Under the pieces are notes generated by a model that was not told where the DNA came from, searched no databases, and was given only the letters and a program-made list of their open reading frames with translations. The translations under genes and the position numbers were made by a program. 64,000 nt of DNA from Chloroflexota bacterium (GTDB taxonomy: Bacteria > Chloroflexota > Anaerolineae > Anaerolineales > UBA11579). This document shows, piece after piece, positions 18,698 to 28,385 of this stretch; position 1 is the first letter of the stretch; the number at the start of each line of letters is the position of its first letter. The DNA lies in contig JAMCZK010000013.1 in NCBI GenBank assembly GCA_023485685.1, forward strand, positions 442 to 64,441, written 5' to 3'.

Positions 18698-20136
18698 GTT
18701 CAGCCATCCTTTGGATCATCCTACCCGGCTTGGTTGGTTTGGGATTGTTAATCCTCCGGCGGCAAGGTCAATTTCCATTAATGGCGGCTGGGCTGCTCAG
18801 CCTCTTCCTCGCCTGGGCCGCTTGGCAATTGCCGATCGATCGCGTGTTAAGTATCGGACCGTTTTCCTTCGAGATATTCCCGAGCCTTACTATCTTCGGA
18901 CGTAGCTTTACTTTGTCCGACCTGGATAGACCATTGCTCGCATTCATCTTTTTATTCCAAACCCTATGGTTGTTTGGAACTTTGATCGCCAAGCCTCCAC
19001 GCTTATTCGTCCCCATTAGCCTTATCTGTGTCTGCTTGTTCGTTGCTGCTCTATCCGTTGACCCGTTTCTCTATGCTGCACTTCTCATTGCGCTAGCGGT
19101 GTTATTGCTGATCCCTCTTTTATCGCCGCCGGGTCAACCCGCGGGCCCCGGTGTGTTGCGTTTCCTGATCTTTCAAATCTTTGCGGTGCCTTTTATCCTT
19201 TTTACCGGGTGGATCCTCACTGGAGTAGAGGCCAGTCCGGGCAATCTCAATCTCATCCTGCGCTCCGGATTGCTCCTTCTACTTGGATTTGCTTTCCTGT
19301 TAGCGCTTTTTCCGTTTCATTCCTGGATCCCCATGTTGGCCAAAGAGAGCCACCCATACGTTTTGGGTTTTCTGCTCTTTTTCCTGCCGACCGTCGCCAC
19401 AATCTTTTCATTAAGTTTTTTTGATCGTTATGCTTGGTTGCGCGACAATGGTTTCGTCTTTCAAATCCTGACCTTGATTGGCGGCTTCACGGTCTTGCTC
19501 CCGGGACTCTGGGCGTTGGCGGAGCCCCACCTGGGGCGGCTACTTGGGTTTGCGGCCATGATGGGCGTGGGCTTCAGCCTGCTGGGCATAGGTCTGGCAG
19601 GCCCTCAGGGGGTACAAATTTTCTTCGCGCTGCTGTTACCCCAGGCCATGGCGATATGGGTATTGACCGTTTCCCTCGGCGCTGTCTGGCGCAAGGATTC
19701 CTCATTTGACCTCCAAAGTCTTGCCATCTTCTTTCGCTCATCTCCTTTGGCCTTAGCTACTTTGCTGCTTTCAGTATTCTCGTTATCCGGTCTGCCGCTA
19801 CTGGCTAGTTTTCCGCCACGTATAGCGTTATTTACACAGCTGAGTTCCAGTTCACCCTGGGTTGCAATCGCCGCCTTGGTGGGCTGCCTCGGTCTTGCGG
19901 GCGCCGGTGCGAGGATATTATTCGCGTCGTTGCCCAAAGCAGAAAAGACGCGTCCCGGTTGGGTTGAAGAAGGGGAGTCCCTTGATACTGGCATCAAGAG
20001 TGACATTGCGGATCCATACGTTTGGAGTTTTTTAATGCTTTCTGCAATCGGATTGTTGGGATTCGGTTTGTTTTCACGCCTGTTCCTGGCCGGTGTGCCC
20101 AGCTTGGCCTCTATGTTTCCTCTGCTCTTTCCTTAA
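18694..20136 (+). CDS. Polytopic membrane protein, degenerate NuoN/MrpD antiporter-like
   Basis: 480 aa. LFPFHSWIPMLAKESHP resembles the PF00361 HxWLPxAxxxPTP segment but is divergent. Confidence 0.55.
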   Translation: MSSAILWIILPGLVGLGLLILRRQGQFPLMAAGLLSLFLAWAAWQLPIDRVLSIGPFSFEIFPSLTIFGRSFTLSDLDRPLLAFIFLFQTLWLFGTLIAKPPRLFVPISLICVCLFVAALSVDPFLYAALLIALAVLLLIPLLSPPGQPAGPGVLRFLIFQIFAVPFILFTGWILTGVEASPGNLNLILRSGLLLLLGFAFLLALFPFHSWIPMLAKESHPYVLGFLLFFLPTVATIFSLSFFDRYAWLRDNGFVFQILTLIGGFTVLLPGLWALAEPHLGRLLGFAAMMGVGFSLLGIGLAGPQGVQIFFALLLPQAMAIWVLTVSLGAVWRKDSSFDLQSLAIFFRSSPLALATLLLSVFSLSGLPLLASFPPRIALFTQLSSSSPWVAIAALVGCLGLAGAGARILFASLPKAEKTRPGWVEEGESLDTGIKSDIADPYVWSFLMLSAIGLLGFGLFSRLFLAGVPSLASMFPLLFP

Positions 20137-20211
20137 AAAGCGATCAGAATCCCCACATGCTATAATCGCTCGACCTATCCCAGATCATAACTTTGGCAGG
20201 TCCGCCAGAAA

Positions 20212-21378
20212 ATGGAAAAAGAACAACTCGAAAAAAAAGTGGAATGGCTGGATGCCGAGCGTCGCAAGGCTCTGGAAGCTGTTGCCGCCCTGGAGAAGCG
20301 TCTCGCCGTTCTTGAAAAATCGGTGAATAAAGAAACAGCGTCCGTCAAATCTATTAGTGGTCAAGCTACCCGCATCAACAACCAAGCCGAAAAAATAGCC
20401 GAACTCGATGAACAACTCAAAACCCACCGGTCTGAGACCAGGGCTGAATTCCAGAATCTAGAGAAACAGCGCAAGCAGCAGGAAAAGAGCTTCCAGCAAG
20501 AGCAAAAGGGCCTGAACAGGGTCTTGGAGGATTTTCGAAAGGAAGTCGGCCAATTACAGGCATTGCAAAAGGGGATAAATCAGCACGAAGGGCAGATTGA
20601 AAAGTTGACCGGTAAGCTGGATGTCTTGAAAGAGTCAGTCCAGGATGTGATCACGGGTGAGCAACGACGCACCCAGTTAGCGCGCAGTCTAGAGGAGGCC
20701 AGCAAACAGGATGCCCAAAGACTCACGGAAATGCATGCCGAAGTAGCGGCTTTGTTGACTCGTCTGGAATCGGCAGCTAAACAAACCGAAGGCATCCTGC
20801 TTTCCCAGCGTAAGGTAGATAAACGTATGGATGAAGTAGCAGCCGCGGAGGCCGAACGCCAAAAAGAGCATGACGCTGCATTGGAAAAAGTGGCCTTGGC
20901 GGAATCGGACCGCGAGCACCGCTGGAAGGAATGGGACAAGAGATTCGTGGCCGTCGAGCAACTTGCCGGGGAAGTGGCGGAGCGATTAAAGGAATTCGAT
21001 AGTACTGAATTGGCGCTCAAGCGCGCCCAGACGGCTTTTGATGAATTGGTAGAGAAGATCGACCGGCGAGTGAACGAGCTCAGCGAGATCCAGCGCCTGG
21101 GCGATCAGCGCTTCCGCCAGGAATGGTCGACGTTCCAGGCGGATGCGCAAAAGCGCTGGTCCAGCTTCACCTTGAGCCATGAAGAACAGCAGCGCGAAAC
21201 AGCGCGGCAACGCGAAAAGCTGGCCGACCAGACCTCGCAACTGGAGGACAACTTGCGGGAGTTGCAGGATACGGTGCAGCATTTAAGCGACCAATCCGAG
21301 CGCAGTTTGCAGACCCTCCTTGAAATGGCGCGTGACTCTTTAGCGGAACACGAACGCTTTGTAAGTAATTCGCGGTAA
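20212..21378 (+). CDS. Long coiled-coil protein (Glu/Lys/Gln/Leu-rich), function unknown
   Basis: 388 aa with heptad-like composition throughout and no TM segment or signal peptide. Confidence 0.6.
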   Translation: MEKEQLEKKVEWLDAERRKALEAVAALEKRLAVLEKSVNKETASVKSISGQATRINNQAEKIAELDEQLKTHRSETRAEFQNLEKQRKQQEKSFQQEQKGLNRVLEDFRKEVGQLQALQKGINQHEGQIEKLTGKLDVLKESVQDVITGEQRRTQLARSLEEASKQDAQRLTEMHAEVAALLTRLESAAKQTEGILLSQRKVDKRMDEVAAAEAERQKEHDAALEKVALAESDREHRWKEWDKRFVAVEQLAGEVAERLKEFDSTELALKRAQTAFDELVEKIDRRVNELSEIQRLGDQRFRQEWSTFQADAQKRWSSFTLSHEEQQRETARQREKLADQTSQLEDNLRELQDTVQHLSDQSERSLQTLLEMARDSLAEHERFVSNSR

Positions 21379-21406
21379 ATTCCCACTCGCCCCTATAAAT
21401 AAAATT

Positions 21407-23002
21407 TCAACTTCTCCATACCCAGTGGCCGCCAACCATGGTCGCCAGGAGCTTGATGTGTTGCAGGTCATGCGGCGCAACAGAAAAGGGATCTTCATTT
21501 ACCACGATGAGATCCGCCAGGTAACCGGGCGACAGGCGCCCCAGCCGATTTTCCATGCCGGCCGATCGAGCAGCTCCATAAGTAAAAGCCCCCAGCGCTT
21601 CTTGCAAGCTTAAACGCTGTTCGGGGATCCAGCCTGCGTCTCCAGGGCTACCGTCCGCGCGGCGGCGAGTCACCGCGGCATGGATGCCAAGCCAGGGATT
21701 GGGGGATTCAACCGGTGCATCGGAGCCGAAGGCCAGAACTGCCCCAGCCTCTAGTTGGGTTTTCCAACCGTAGGAATATGGCGCACGTTCGCCCCAATAT
21801 TTATCGGCAGCCTCCATATCGGAGGTGGCATGAATGGGCTGCATCGAAGCAATCAATCCCAATTGGCCAAGACGATCAACGTCATCTGGATGCAGCACCT
21901 GCACATGTTCGATACGATGGCGGCGAGGGGTTAGATAATTCGTCTGCTCGAAAGAGCGTATTTGTTCGAAGGCATTGAGCACCTCGTGATTGGCTCGGTC
22001 GCCAATAGCGTGCACTGCCATTCCCAGTCCTCCCTTGACGGCCTGCTGGCCCCATTCCAATAGCTGCTCGCTATCGACAAACAGCATGCCGCGATTCTGC
22101 GGCTCTCCTTCGTAGGGCTCGAACATCGCCGCCGTGCGCGGACCTAGGGCGCCATCGGCGAATACTTTCACCGCGCCGACGCGTAATAAATCATCGCCGA
22201 ATCCGCTATGCAACCCGATAGCCAAAACGTGTTCCAAATCTTCAATGGGAATACTCTTGAGCGCGCGGAGTTTCAATTCGTCGCGTTCGCGCAGGGTCTG
22301 CAGGGCGCGGAAACAATCTGATCGATCGAAATCATGCACGCTGGTTAAGCCAAAGCTCCAAAGCTTGGATTCGGCGTTCTGGATGGCTTGCACATTATCT
22401 TCGGGCGAGGGCTCGGGGAGAAAAGCAGTAATAAGCCCAAGCGCAGCTTCGAAAAGAATGCCCGTCGGCGTGCCATCTGAATTCCGCTGGATACGGCCAT
22501 TGGGTGGGTCGGGAGTCTCCGTCGTGATCCCTGCGGCCTTGAGCGCGGCGCTATTGACCCAGGCCGCGTGCAGCGATGCCGCCGTAAGAAATACGGGATT
22601 GCGTGGGGCTGCCGCGTCCAGTTGAAAAGCGGTGCCAAAACCTTCCGGCCAGTCATTTTGCTGCCAGCCATGACCCAGAATCCAGGCACTGGGCGGCGTT
22701 TGCGTGGCTCGAGCTGCCACGCGTTCCAGGCATTCAGCCCTGGTTGCCGTGCGGCAATCGAGGGCCTGCAGCATCAACGCGTACTGGCGCAGGTGCAGGT
22801 GGGCGTCGGTTAGACCGGGCAGGACGACGCGTCCCTCGAGGTCTTCGAGTTTGGCCTTGGAAAATTCTTGCTGGAGTGCTTCGACATTTCTCAAAGCGAG
22901 AATACGACTGGAGCAATCTGACCGCTGTTCGATAGCGAGCGCGGTGGCCGTGGGGCGTTGTGGGTTGAGTGTGTAGATGCGGGCGTTGTGCAGAATTAAC
23001 AT
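21407..23002 (-). CDS. Amidohydrolase family protein (Amidohydro_3 / YtcJ-like)
   Basis: 531 aa. Motifs LPGLTDAHLHL, HAIGDRAN, RIEHVQ and FGSDAPVE. Confidence 0.85.
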   Translation of the reverse strand: MLILHNARIYTLNPQRPTATALAIEQRSDCSSRILALRNVEALQQEFSKAKLEDLEGRVVLPGLTDAHLHLRQYALMLQALDCRTATRAECLERVAARATQTPPSAWILGHGWQQNDWPEGFGTAFQLDAAAPRNPVFLTAASLHAAWVNSAALKAAGITTETPDPPNGRIQRNSDGTPTGILFEAALGLITAFLPEPSPEDNVQAIQNAESKLWSFGLTSVHDFDRSDCFRALQTLRERDELKLRALKSIPIEDLEHVLAIGLHSGFGDDLLRVGAVKVFADGALGPRTAAMFEPYEGEPQNRGMLFVDSEQLLEWGQQAVKGGLGMAVHAIGDRANHEVLNAFEQIRSFEQTNYLTPRRHRIEHVQVLHPDDVDRLGQLGLIASMQPIHATSDMEAADKYWGERAPYSYGWKTQLEAGAVLAFGSDAPVESPNPWLGIHAAVTRRRADGSPGDAGWIPEQRLSLQEALGAFTYGAARSAGMENRLGRLSPGYLADLIVVNEDPFSVAPHDLQHIKLLATMVGGHWVWRS

Positions 23003-23025
23003 TCGGATTGTTAGGACGTAATTGC

Positions 23026-23200
23026 CTTATTTTGCCATTCTGAGGAAGCGAGAGCGCTGAAAGCGATCGGGCGAACCGAAGAATCCATGCTTAAGATTTT
23101 TCTGTAATTCCAGCTTATTAATCAAGCCATCTCACGGATGGATTCTTCGCGTCGCACGGCATACCTTCAGCTGCCAGCGCTCGCTCGGAATGGCAATAAG
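23026..23200. repeat. Nested imperfect inverted repeat (~175 nt) in the parB / amidohydrolase intergenic region
   Basis: Outer arms pair as 23026-23031/23195-23200, 23034-23040/23188-23194 and 23054-23059/23175-23180. A perfect 12-bp inner pair is cgaagaatccat (23077-23088) with atggattcttcg (23138-23149). The central loop is AT-rich and 49 nt long. Confidence 0.6.
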
Positions 23201-23213
23201 TATTGATAAAAAA

Positions 23214-24071
23214 TTAGGGCCTGCGTTTAAGAAGGCGGGCAACCAGTGAATCAAGTTCTTCGTCGGAGTAGTAATACAGGGTAATGCGTCCGCCTTTGGC
23301 GCTGTGCTGCAGGCTCACCTTGGTGCCCAAGGCATCGCGGAGTTCGTCTTGTAAGGCGCGGATTTCAGCGGGAGCCGCAGGTTTGCGAACCTTCTTCGGC
23401 TTATAACCCTTCAGTTTGCGCACCAGATCTTCAGTCTGGCGCACGTTGAGGTCCTGAGAAATGATCGTGCGTAGCGCAGCTGACTGCGCCTGGGCGGAAT
23501 CCAAGGCCTTAAGGGCGCGTCCGTGCCCTTCACTGATCTGGCCAGAGGCCAGTGCTTTCTTTACCGCCTCAGAAAGGTCCAACAGACCGATGGTGTTGGT
23601 GATGGCAACCCGGCTTTTGCCCACGCGTTCGGCGATCTGCTCATGAGAAAGCCGGAATTCTTCATGGAGTTGCTGGTAGGCGTCCGCAGCTTCCAGCGGA
23701 CCGAGATCGGCTCGCTGGACGTTTTCCACCAGCGCCACTTCGACCAGCGCCTGGTCGTCCGCTTCTCGCAGAACCACGGGCACTTCCGCTAGCCCGGCCA
23801 GCCGGGCGGCGTGCAGGCGCCGTTCGCCGGCGATCAGCGTGTATTGACCGGGGCCGCTGCGTTTGACGATCAGCGGTTGGATGACTCCGTGTGCCTTGAT
23901 GGAGATCGCAAGTTCGGTCAGTTGCTCTTTGGGAAAGGTGCTGCGCGGCTGGTGAGGGTTCGGCTGGATTTGGTCTATGGGCACTTGCTGTACATCGCTG
24001 AGCTTCAGCGCGCTGTCGCTAGGCGGAATGAGTGCATCCAGCCCTTTGCCGAGACGGATTTTGCCAGCCAT
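23214..24071 (-). CDS. parB: Chromosome partitioning protein ParB/Spo0J
   Basis: 285 aa. ParB box IQPLIV...LIAGERRLHAARLAGL plus an HTH region. Confidence 0.93.
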   Translation of the reverse strand: MAGKIRLGKGLDALIPPSDSALKLSDVQQVPIDQIQPNPHQPRSTFPKEQLTELAISIKAHGVIQPLIVKRSGPGQYTLIAGERRLHAARLAGLAEVPVVLREADDQALVEVALVENVQRADLGPLEAADAYQQLHEEFRLSHEQIAERVGKSRVAITNTIGLLDLSEAVKKALASGQISEGHGRALKALDSAQAQSAALRTIISQDLNVRQTEDLVRKLKGYKPKKVRKPAAPAEIRALQDELRDALGTKVSLQHSAKGGRITLYYYSDEELDSLVARLLKRRP

Positions 24072-24072
24072 C

Positions 24073-24861
24073 TTAGACCTCTAAGGCGATTTTCACGCCG
24101 TCTTGCTCCAGGACTTCTTCGGCCAGGGCGCGGTGGGCTTCCGCGCCCGGGGAGCTGGGGAAATAGGCCAAGATGGGCTGCCCGTGTGAAGGCGCTTCGG
24201 CGAGGCGCACCGAGCGCGGGATGATGGTCACAAAGGCCTGCTTCTTGAAATGGCGGCGAACCTCTTCCACCACTTCTTGTGAAAGGTTGGTGCGGTTATC
24301 GAACATGGTGAGCAGAACGCCACGGATGCGCAGATTAGGAAACAAGGCCCGGCGCACGCGCTCGATGGTGTCCATCAGCATACCCAGACCCTCCAGCGCC
24401 AGGTATTCGCATTGCACTGGGATGATGAGGCCGTCTTGCGCCGCCACCATGCCATTGAGCGTCAGCAAGCCAAGCGAGGGTGGACAGTCGATCAAGATGT
24501 AATCGTAGCGATCTCGGAGAGGCCCCAGCGCCTGCTTCAGGCGGGTCTCGCGCGCCAATTCATTGACTAATTCCACTTCCCCGCCCGCCAAACCAGGGGC
24601 CGCGGGCAACAGCGAGAGTTTGAATTGTTTGTTGTGCAAAATGCTTTCCGCAGCTGGGTGCGTGCCCATTAGAGCTTCGTAGGTTCCACCCTTCACGCTG
24701 GTTTTATCAATGCCAAGGCAAGAGGTGGCGTTGGCCTGAGGGTCGAGGTCCACCAGCAAGACTCGCTGGCCCAGGTTCGCCAGGTAAGCGCCCAGGTTGA
24801 TCGTGGTGGTGGTCTTACCAACACCCCCTTTTTGATTCACCATGGTGTAGATGCGCGCCAT
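24073..24861 (-). CDS. parA: Chromosome partitioning ATPase ParA/Soj
   Basis: Deviant Walker A NQKGGVGKTTT. ATG 24861 (MARIYTMVNQKGG) is preferred over the extended track start 24960. Its stop lies 1 nt before the parB start. Confidence 0.93.
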   Translation of the reverse strand: MARIYTMVNQKGGVGKTTTTINLGAYLANLGQRVLLVDLDPQANATSCLGIDKTSVKGGTYEALMGTHPAAESILHNKQFKLSLLPAAPGLAGGEVELVNELARETRLKQALGPLRDRYDYILIDCPPSLGLLTLNGMVAAQDGLIIPVQCEYLALEGLGMLMDTIERVRRALFPNLRIRGVLLTMFDNRTNLSQEVVEEVRRHFKKQAFVTIIPRSVRLAEAPSHGQPILAYFPSSPGAEAHRALAEEVLEQDGVKIALEV

Positions 24862-24862
24862 G

Positions 24863-25711
24863 CTACAGCGCCTCGGCCATGAGGTCGTAGATCTCGTCCC
24901 GATTGGGCACAGAATCCAGGCCGACACGCTGTACAGAGCGCGCGGCCAGCTGGCTGGCAAAACGTGCTGCCTCTAATGGATCTCCGCTGAGGTGCAAGCG
25001 GATGAAGAAGGCTGCAGCAAAAACATCGCCGGCACCTGTCGTGTCTACAGCATGCACCGCGGGGGCTTCAATTTGATGTTCCTCGCCGTACGCATAGAGT
25101 TTGGCGCCGGCTTCCCCTTCCGTGACGACGAAAATGGGGCAGGCGGCCGCCATGCGTTCGATTTGTTCCGGGTCATTGCCGACATCTTCACGGGCAATAA
25201 CCGCCGCGTCGGCGTGACTCAGCAGCAGGTCCGCCTCTTCCCAATGGGCGACCTGCACTTCACCCGATTGATTCCATTCACGCAGCCAGCCCTGGGGTGT
25301 CAATCCAAGTGTTGAATCTGGAAAATATCGCAAAATGCGCGGTGAGACTTCGCGTGCAACGGGCGCCAGGTGCAGGATGCGCGGCTGGCGCCAGGCTTCG
25401 GGGATCAGGTGGTATTCGAGAAAAGGGGCCTGAACAAGAATTTTTTGCTTGCGACCCTCGGGCGTGTTTCTATTTTCAAACGTGGTGCTTTGGTCCGCGC
25501 CGATGTTGACGATGGGGAGGTCGGCCAACGGGCCCAGTGGCAACTCTTCGGCCCAGGCGGTTACGATTCCTGCGCGCAGCCCGAGAGCTTGCACGGTCAA
25601 CGCGGAATAGGCGGCCGAACCACCGAGGCGCGGGCCCCCCACGGTATTGTCGATGGTGATGTGACCGATAACTAAATAATCGATGGGTTCGAGGCGCGCG
25701 GGAACCTGCAT
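24863..25711 (-). CDS. PfkB-family carbohydrate/nucleoside kinase
   Basis: 282 aa with the C-terminal signature DTTGAGDVFAAAF. Its stop lies 1 nt before the parA start. Confidence 0.85.
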   Translation of the reverse strand: MQVPARLEPIDYLVIGHITIDNTVGGPRLGGSAAYSALTVQALGLRAGIVTAWAEELPLGPLADLPIVNIGADQSTTFENRNTPEGRKQKILVQAPFLEYHLIPEAWRQPRILHLAPVAREVSPRILRYFPDSTLGLTPQGWLREWNQSGEVQVAHWEEADLLLSHADAAVIAREDVGNDPEQIERMAAACPIFVVTEGEAGAKLYAYGEEHQIEAPAVHAVDTTGAGDVFAAAFFIRLHLSGDPLEAARFASQLAARSVQRVGLDSVPNRDEIYDLMAEAL

Positions 25712-25735
25712 GGCGGGATTATACCGCGCAGGTAC

Positions 25736-26533
25736 TTACACCAATTTTCCTAAAAATTTTGTCACGCTGCGATTGAATTCTTCCGGTTGCTCAAGATTAG
25801 GCAGGTGCCCCGCTTTGTCGATGAGGTGCAGGGCATTGTTTGGAATTGCCTTTGCCATCCCTTCTGCTTCCGCGGGCGGGATCACCCGGTCATCTTTGCC
25901 ATGGATGATGAGTACGGGCATGTGTAGGTTGGGAAGCAGGTCGGTGGAGTCGAGCCGGTCGCGCATCGCGGCCAGCGCGGCGATGACGCCTTCAGAGGTC
26001 GCTGTGCGCATGATCGCCTTGAGCTCATTCGCAACCGCCGGCTGATCCTTATAAGTATCGGACGAAAGCAATTTTGGGTACATGCTTTCGGCAACCACAG
26101 AAGCGCCGCTCTCCTTCACTTGGGCGATGGTTTTGTCGCGGGTCGTCTTGCTTTCGGCGGTGTCGGCGCCCGCGCGGGTGGAGGCTAATATCAGGCCGCT
26201 GACGCGCAAAGGGAAGAGACGCGCCGCGGCCAGGGCGATGTAGCCGCCCATGGAAAGCCCGCCGATAACGACTGGATCCATGATGTGGAGCGCGTCTAAC
26301 ACTGAAAGGCAATCCTCGGCATATTGGTCAACGCTAGCGGCACCCTGGCGGGCAGGCGAATCTCCAAAACCTGGCAAATCGGGCGCCAGGACGCGAGCAG
26401 ACTTGGAAAGGCTCTCCAATTGGCCGGCCCACATACGCCCGCTGAAGGGGAAGCCGTGGATCAATAAAAGCGGCAGCCCACGGCCACGTTCTTCGAAGTG
26501 AAGCTTGAAAGTTGCCTTGTTAGCGATGGTCAT
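25736..26533 (-). CDS. Alpha/beta-fold hydrolase
   Basis: HG oxyanion motif LLIHGFP, nucleophile elbow GLSMGG and a C-terminal GHLPNLE. ATG 26533 follows GGAGGA. Confidence 0.85.
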   Translation of the reverse strand: MTIANKATFKLHFEERGRGLPLLLIHGFPFSGRMWAGQLESLSKSARVLAPDLPGFGDSPARQGAASVDQYAEDCLSVLDALHIMDPVVIGGLSMGGYIALAAARLFPLRVSGLILASTRAGADTAESKTTRDKTIAQVKESGASVVAESMYPKLLSSDTYKDQPAVANELKAIMRTATSEGVIAALAAMRDRLDSTDLLPNLHMPVLIIHGKDDRVIPPAEAEGMAKAIPNNALHLIDKAGHLPNLEQPEEFNRSVTKFLGKLV

Positions 26534-26640
26534 TGATCCTCCATACACAACGATGAACCCGGCTTCTTAGTGTAACGTAGATTTGTTCAGGGATATGACA
26601 AGGAAGTTCCATATAAATCTTGAATATCCTAAACTGAACC

Positions 26641-26669
26641 TTGACAAAATTAATAGATATATTTACAAT
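26641..26669 (+). promoter_or_regulatory. Sigma-70-type promoter candidate for the MFS transporter gene
   Basis: TTGACA (26641-26646), a 17-nt spacer, then TACAAT (26664-26669), in an AT-rich divergent intergenic region. Confidence 0.45.
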
Positions 26670-26751
26670 TTCTACGAGTTTTGGTTAAATAATGTACTAT
26701 TTCCTTGTTACATATAAAATATATTGAGACGGGTATTGAAAAAGAGGAAGA

Positions 26752-28059
26752 ATGGCTGAACAATCGTTAGTTGTGATCGGAAAAAACTGGAAGAAGCCCT
26801 TTTTCCTGGTATGGACCGGCCAGGCATTTTCTTTACTCGGCAGCCAATTGGTGCAGTTTGCGCTGATTTGGTACCTTACCAAGCAAACGGGCTCTGCCAC
26901 GGTGTTGGCCACCGCCACGCTGGTGGGTATGTTGCCCTACATTTTCCTGGGCCCGATCGCCGGCTCATTCGTCGACCGCTCGAACCGGCGGCGCATAATG
27001 ATCCTGGCCGACATCGCTATTGCATTGGCCACTTTGCTGTTGGTTGGGCTGTTTGCGCTGGGCTGGGTTCAGATCTGGCATATCTACGCATTGATGTTGT
27101 TGCGCTCGCTGGGGCAATCCTTCCACTCGCCCGCCTTTGCTGCGTCTACATCACTGATGGTGCCTAAGGAGCACCTCGCCCGCATCCAGGGCATCAATCA
27201 GATGCTTAACGGCGGCCTGAATATCGTCTCCGCGCCGCTTGGTGCACTGTTACTGGAGTTGCTGCCCATGCAGGCTGTGCTCTCCGTCGACATCATCACT
27301 GCGTTGATCGCTGTCGCTTCAGTGCTGCCTGTCGCCATCCCGCAGCCCAGGCGCGAGCTTAATGGTGTCGATGGCAAACCCATCGGCTTCTGGGCAGATT
27401 TCCGCGAGGGCTTCCGTTACGTGCTCGGTTGGCCCGGGCTGCTCATCGTAATCCTGATGGCTGCGCTGATCAATTTCCTGCTCACGCCCGCCAGCGCGTT
27501 GATCCCTTTGCTGATCACTGAGCATTTTGGAAAAGGTGTCGTGCAGTTGGGCTGGTTTGAAGGCATATCAGGGGTGGGGGTGATCGTGGGTGGTTTGTTG
27601 CTTGGCGCATGGGGAGGTTTCAAAAAACGCATTGTCACCACCATGGCTGGCCTTGTGGGTTTGGGTCTGCCGTTTGCTTTTATCGGGTTCCTTCCACCAA
27701 ACGGATTCATGATTTCACTTGGGCTTGTACTGGCAGCAGGGTTCATGATTCCCATTGTCAATGGCTCGCTGGACGCCACTATGCAAGCCACCGTGGATCC
27801 CAGCCGCCAAGGTCGCATCTTCACGCTGACCGGCAGCCTGGCGACCGGGATGACACCCATGGGGCTACTTATCGCAGGACCGCTGGCAGACTTGCTTGGC
27901 GTGCAGTCCTGGTTCATCGTGGGTGGCCTGCTTTGCGCGGCGATGGGCGTAGCGGGTTTTTTCATCCCCAGTGTGATGAACATCGAGGCCGGGCGGCCGG
28001 AAAAGCATCCACCATCAGTTGAGATACCCCAAACTGGTGAGGTCAATAAAGCAGTCTAG
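26752..28059 (+). CDS. MFS transporter (12 TM; EntS / macrolide-efflux-like subgroup)
   Basis: 435 aa. Twelve hydrophobic spans and GPIAGSFVDRSNRRR (MFS motif A-like) after TM2. Confidence 0.85.
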   Translation: MAEQSLVVIGKNWKKPFFLVWTGQAFSLLGSQLVQFALIWYLTKQTGSATVLATATLVGMLPYIFLGPIAGSFVDRSNRRRIMILADIAIALATLLLVGLFALGWVQIWHIYALMLLRSLGQSFHSPAFAASTSLMVPKEHLARIQGINQMLNGGLNIVSAPLGALLLELLPMQAVLSVDIITALIAVASVLPVAIPQPRRELNGVDGKPIGFWADFREGFRYVLGWPGLLIVILMAALINFLLTPASALIPLLITEHFGKGVVQLGWFEGISGVGVIVGGLLLGAWGGFKKRIVTTMAGLVGLGLPFAFIGFLPPNGFMISLGLVLAAGFMIPIVNGSLDATMQATVDPSRQGRIFTLTGSLATGMTPMGLLIAGPLADLLGVQSWFIVGGLLCAAMGVAGFFIPSVMNIEAGRPEKHPPSVEIPQTGEVNKAV

Positions 28060-28090
28060 TCATAGACTCTTTCTCTTGAAAATAAAAATT

Positions 28091-28369
28091 CTACTTCACA
28101 CGATATGTTGGGAGCTTGGAAGCAGTTCTTTCGATGATTTTCCTGGCTTCCAGGTCGAGTTTGACCGTCTCTCCATACCAACTGATATTGCCCGAAATTT
28201 TTCCCCTTAAGTTCCGGTGCAACTGATCGAATAACTCCGTGTGGGTGAGCTCTTTTCCTTTCAATGCGAAAAGGATGGCTTTCTTGAGCGTTTCGTAATT
28301 TTGTTTGCTAATCCTTTTTCCACTTTTGCCCTCTAGCGGGTGTTTGGTGAGGATTTTTTCTTCGGCCAT
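28091..28369 (-). CDS. Small hypothetical protein
   Basis: 92-aa lysine-rich ORF, 16 nt downstream of miaB on the same strand. Confidence 0.5.
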   Translation of the reverse strand: MAEEKILTKHPLEGKSGKRISKQNYETLKKAILFALKGKELTHTELFDQLHRNLRGKISGNISWYGETVKLDLEARKIIERTASKLPTYRVK

Positions 28370-28385
28370 TTTTCTCCCTCTTTCG

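Noticed and set aside
23003-24960. parS centromere site near parAB
   Set aside because: Reading by eye found no match to TGTTTCACGTGAAACA. This is a limitation of manual scanning rather than proof of absence, and a pattern search with mismatches is needed.
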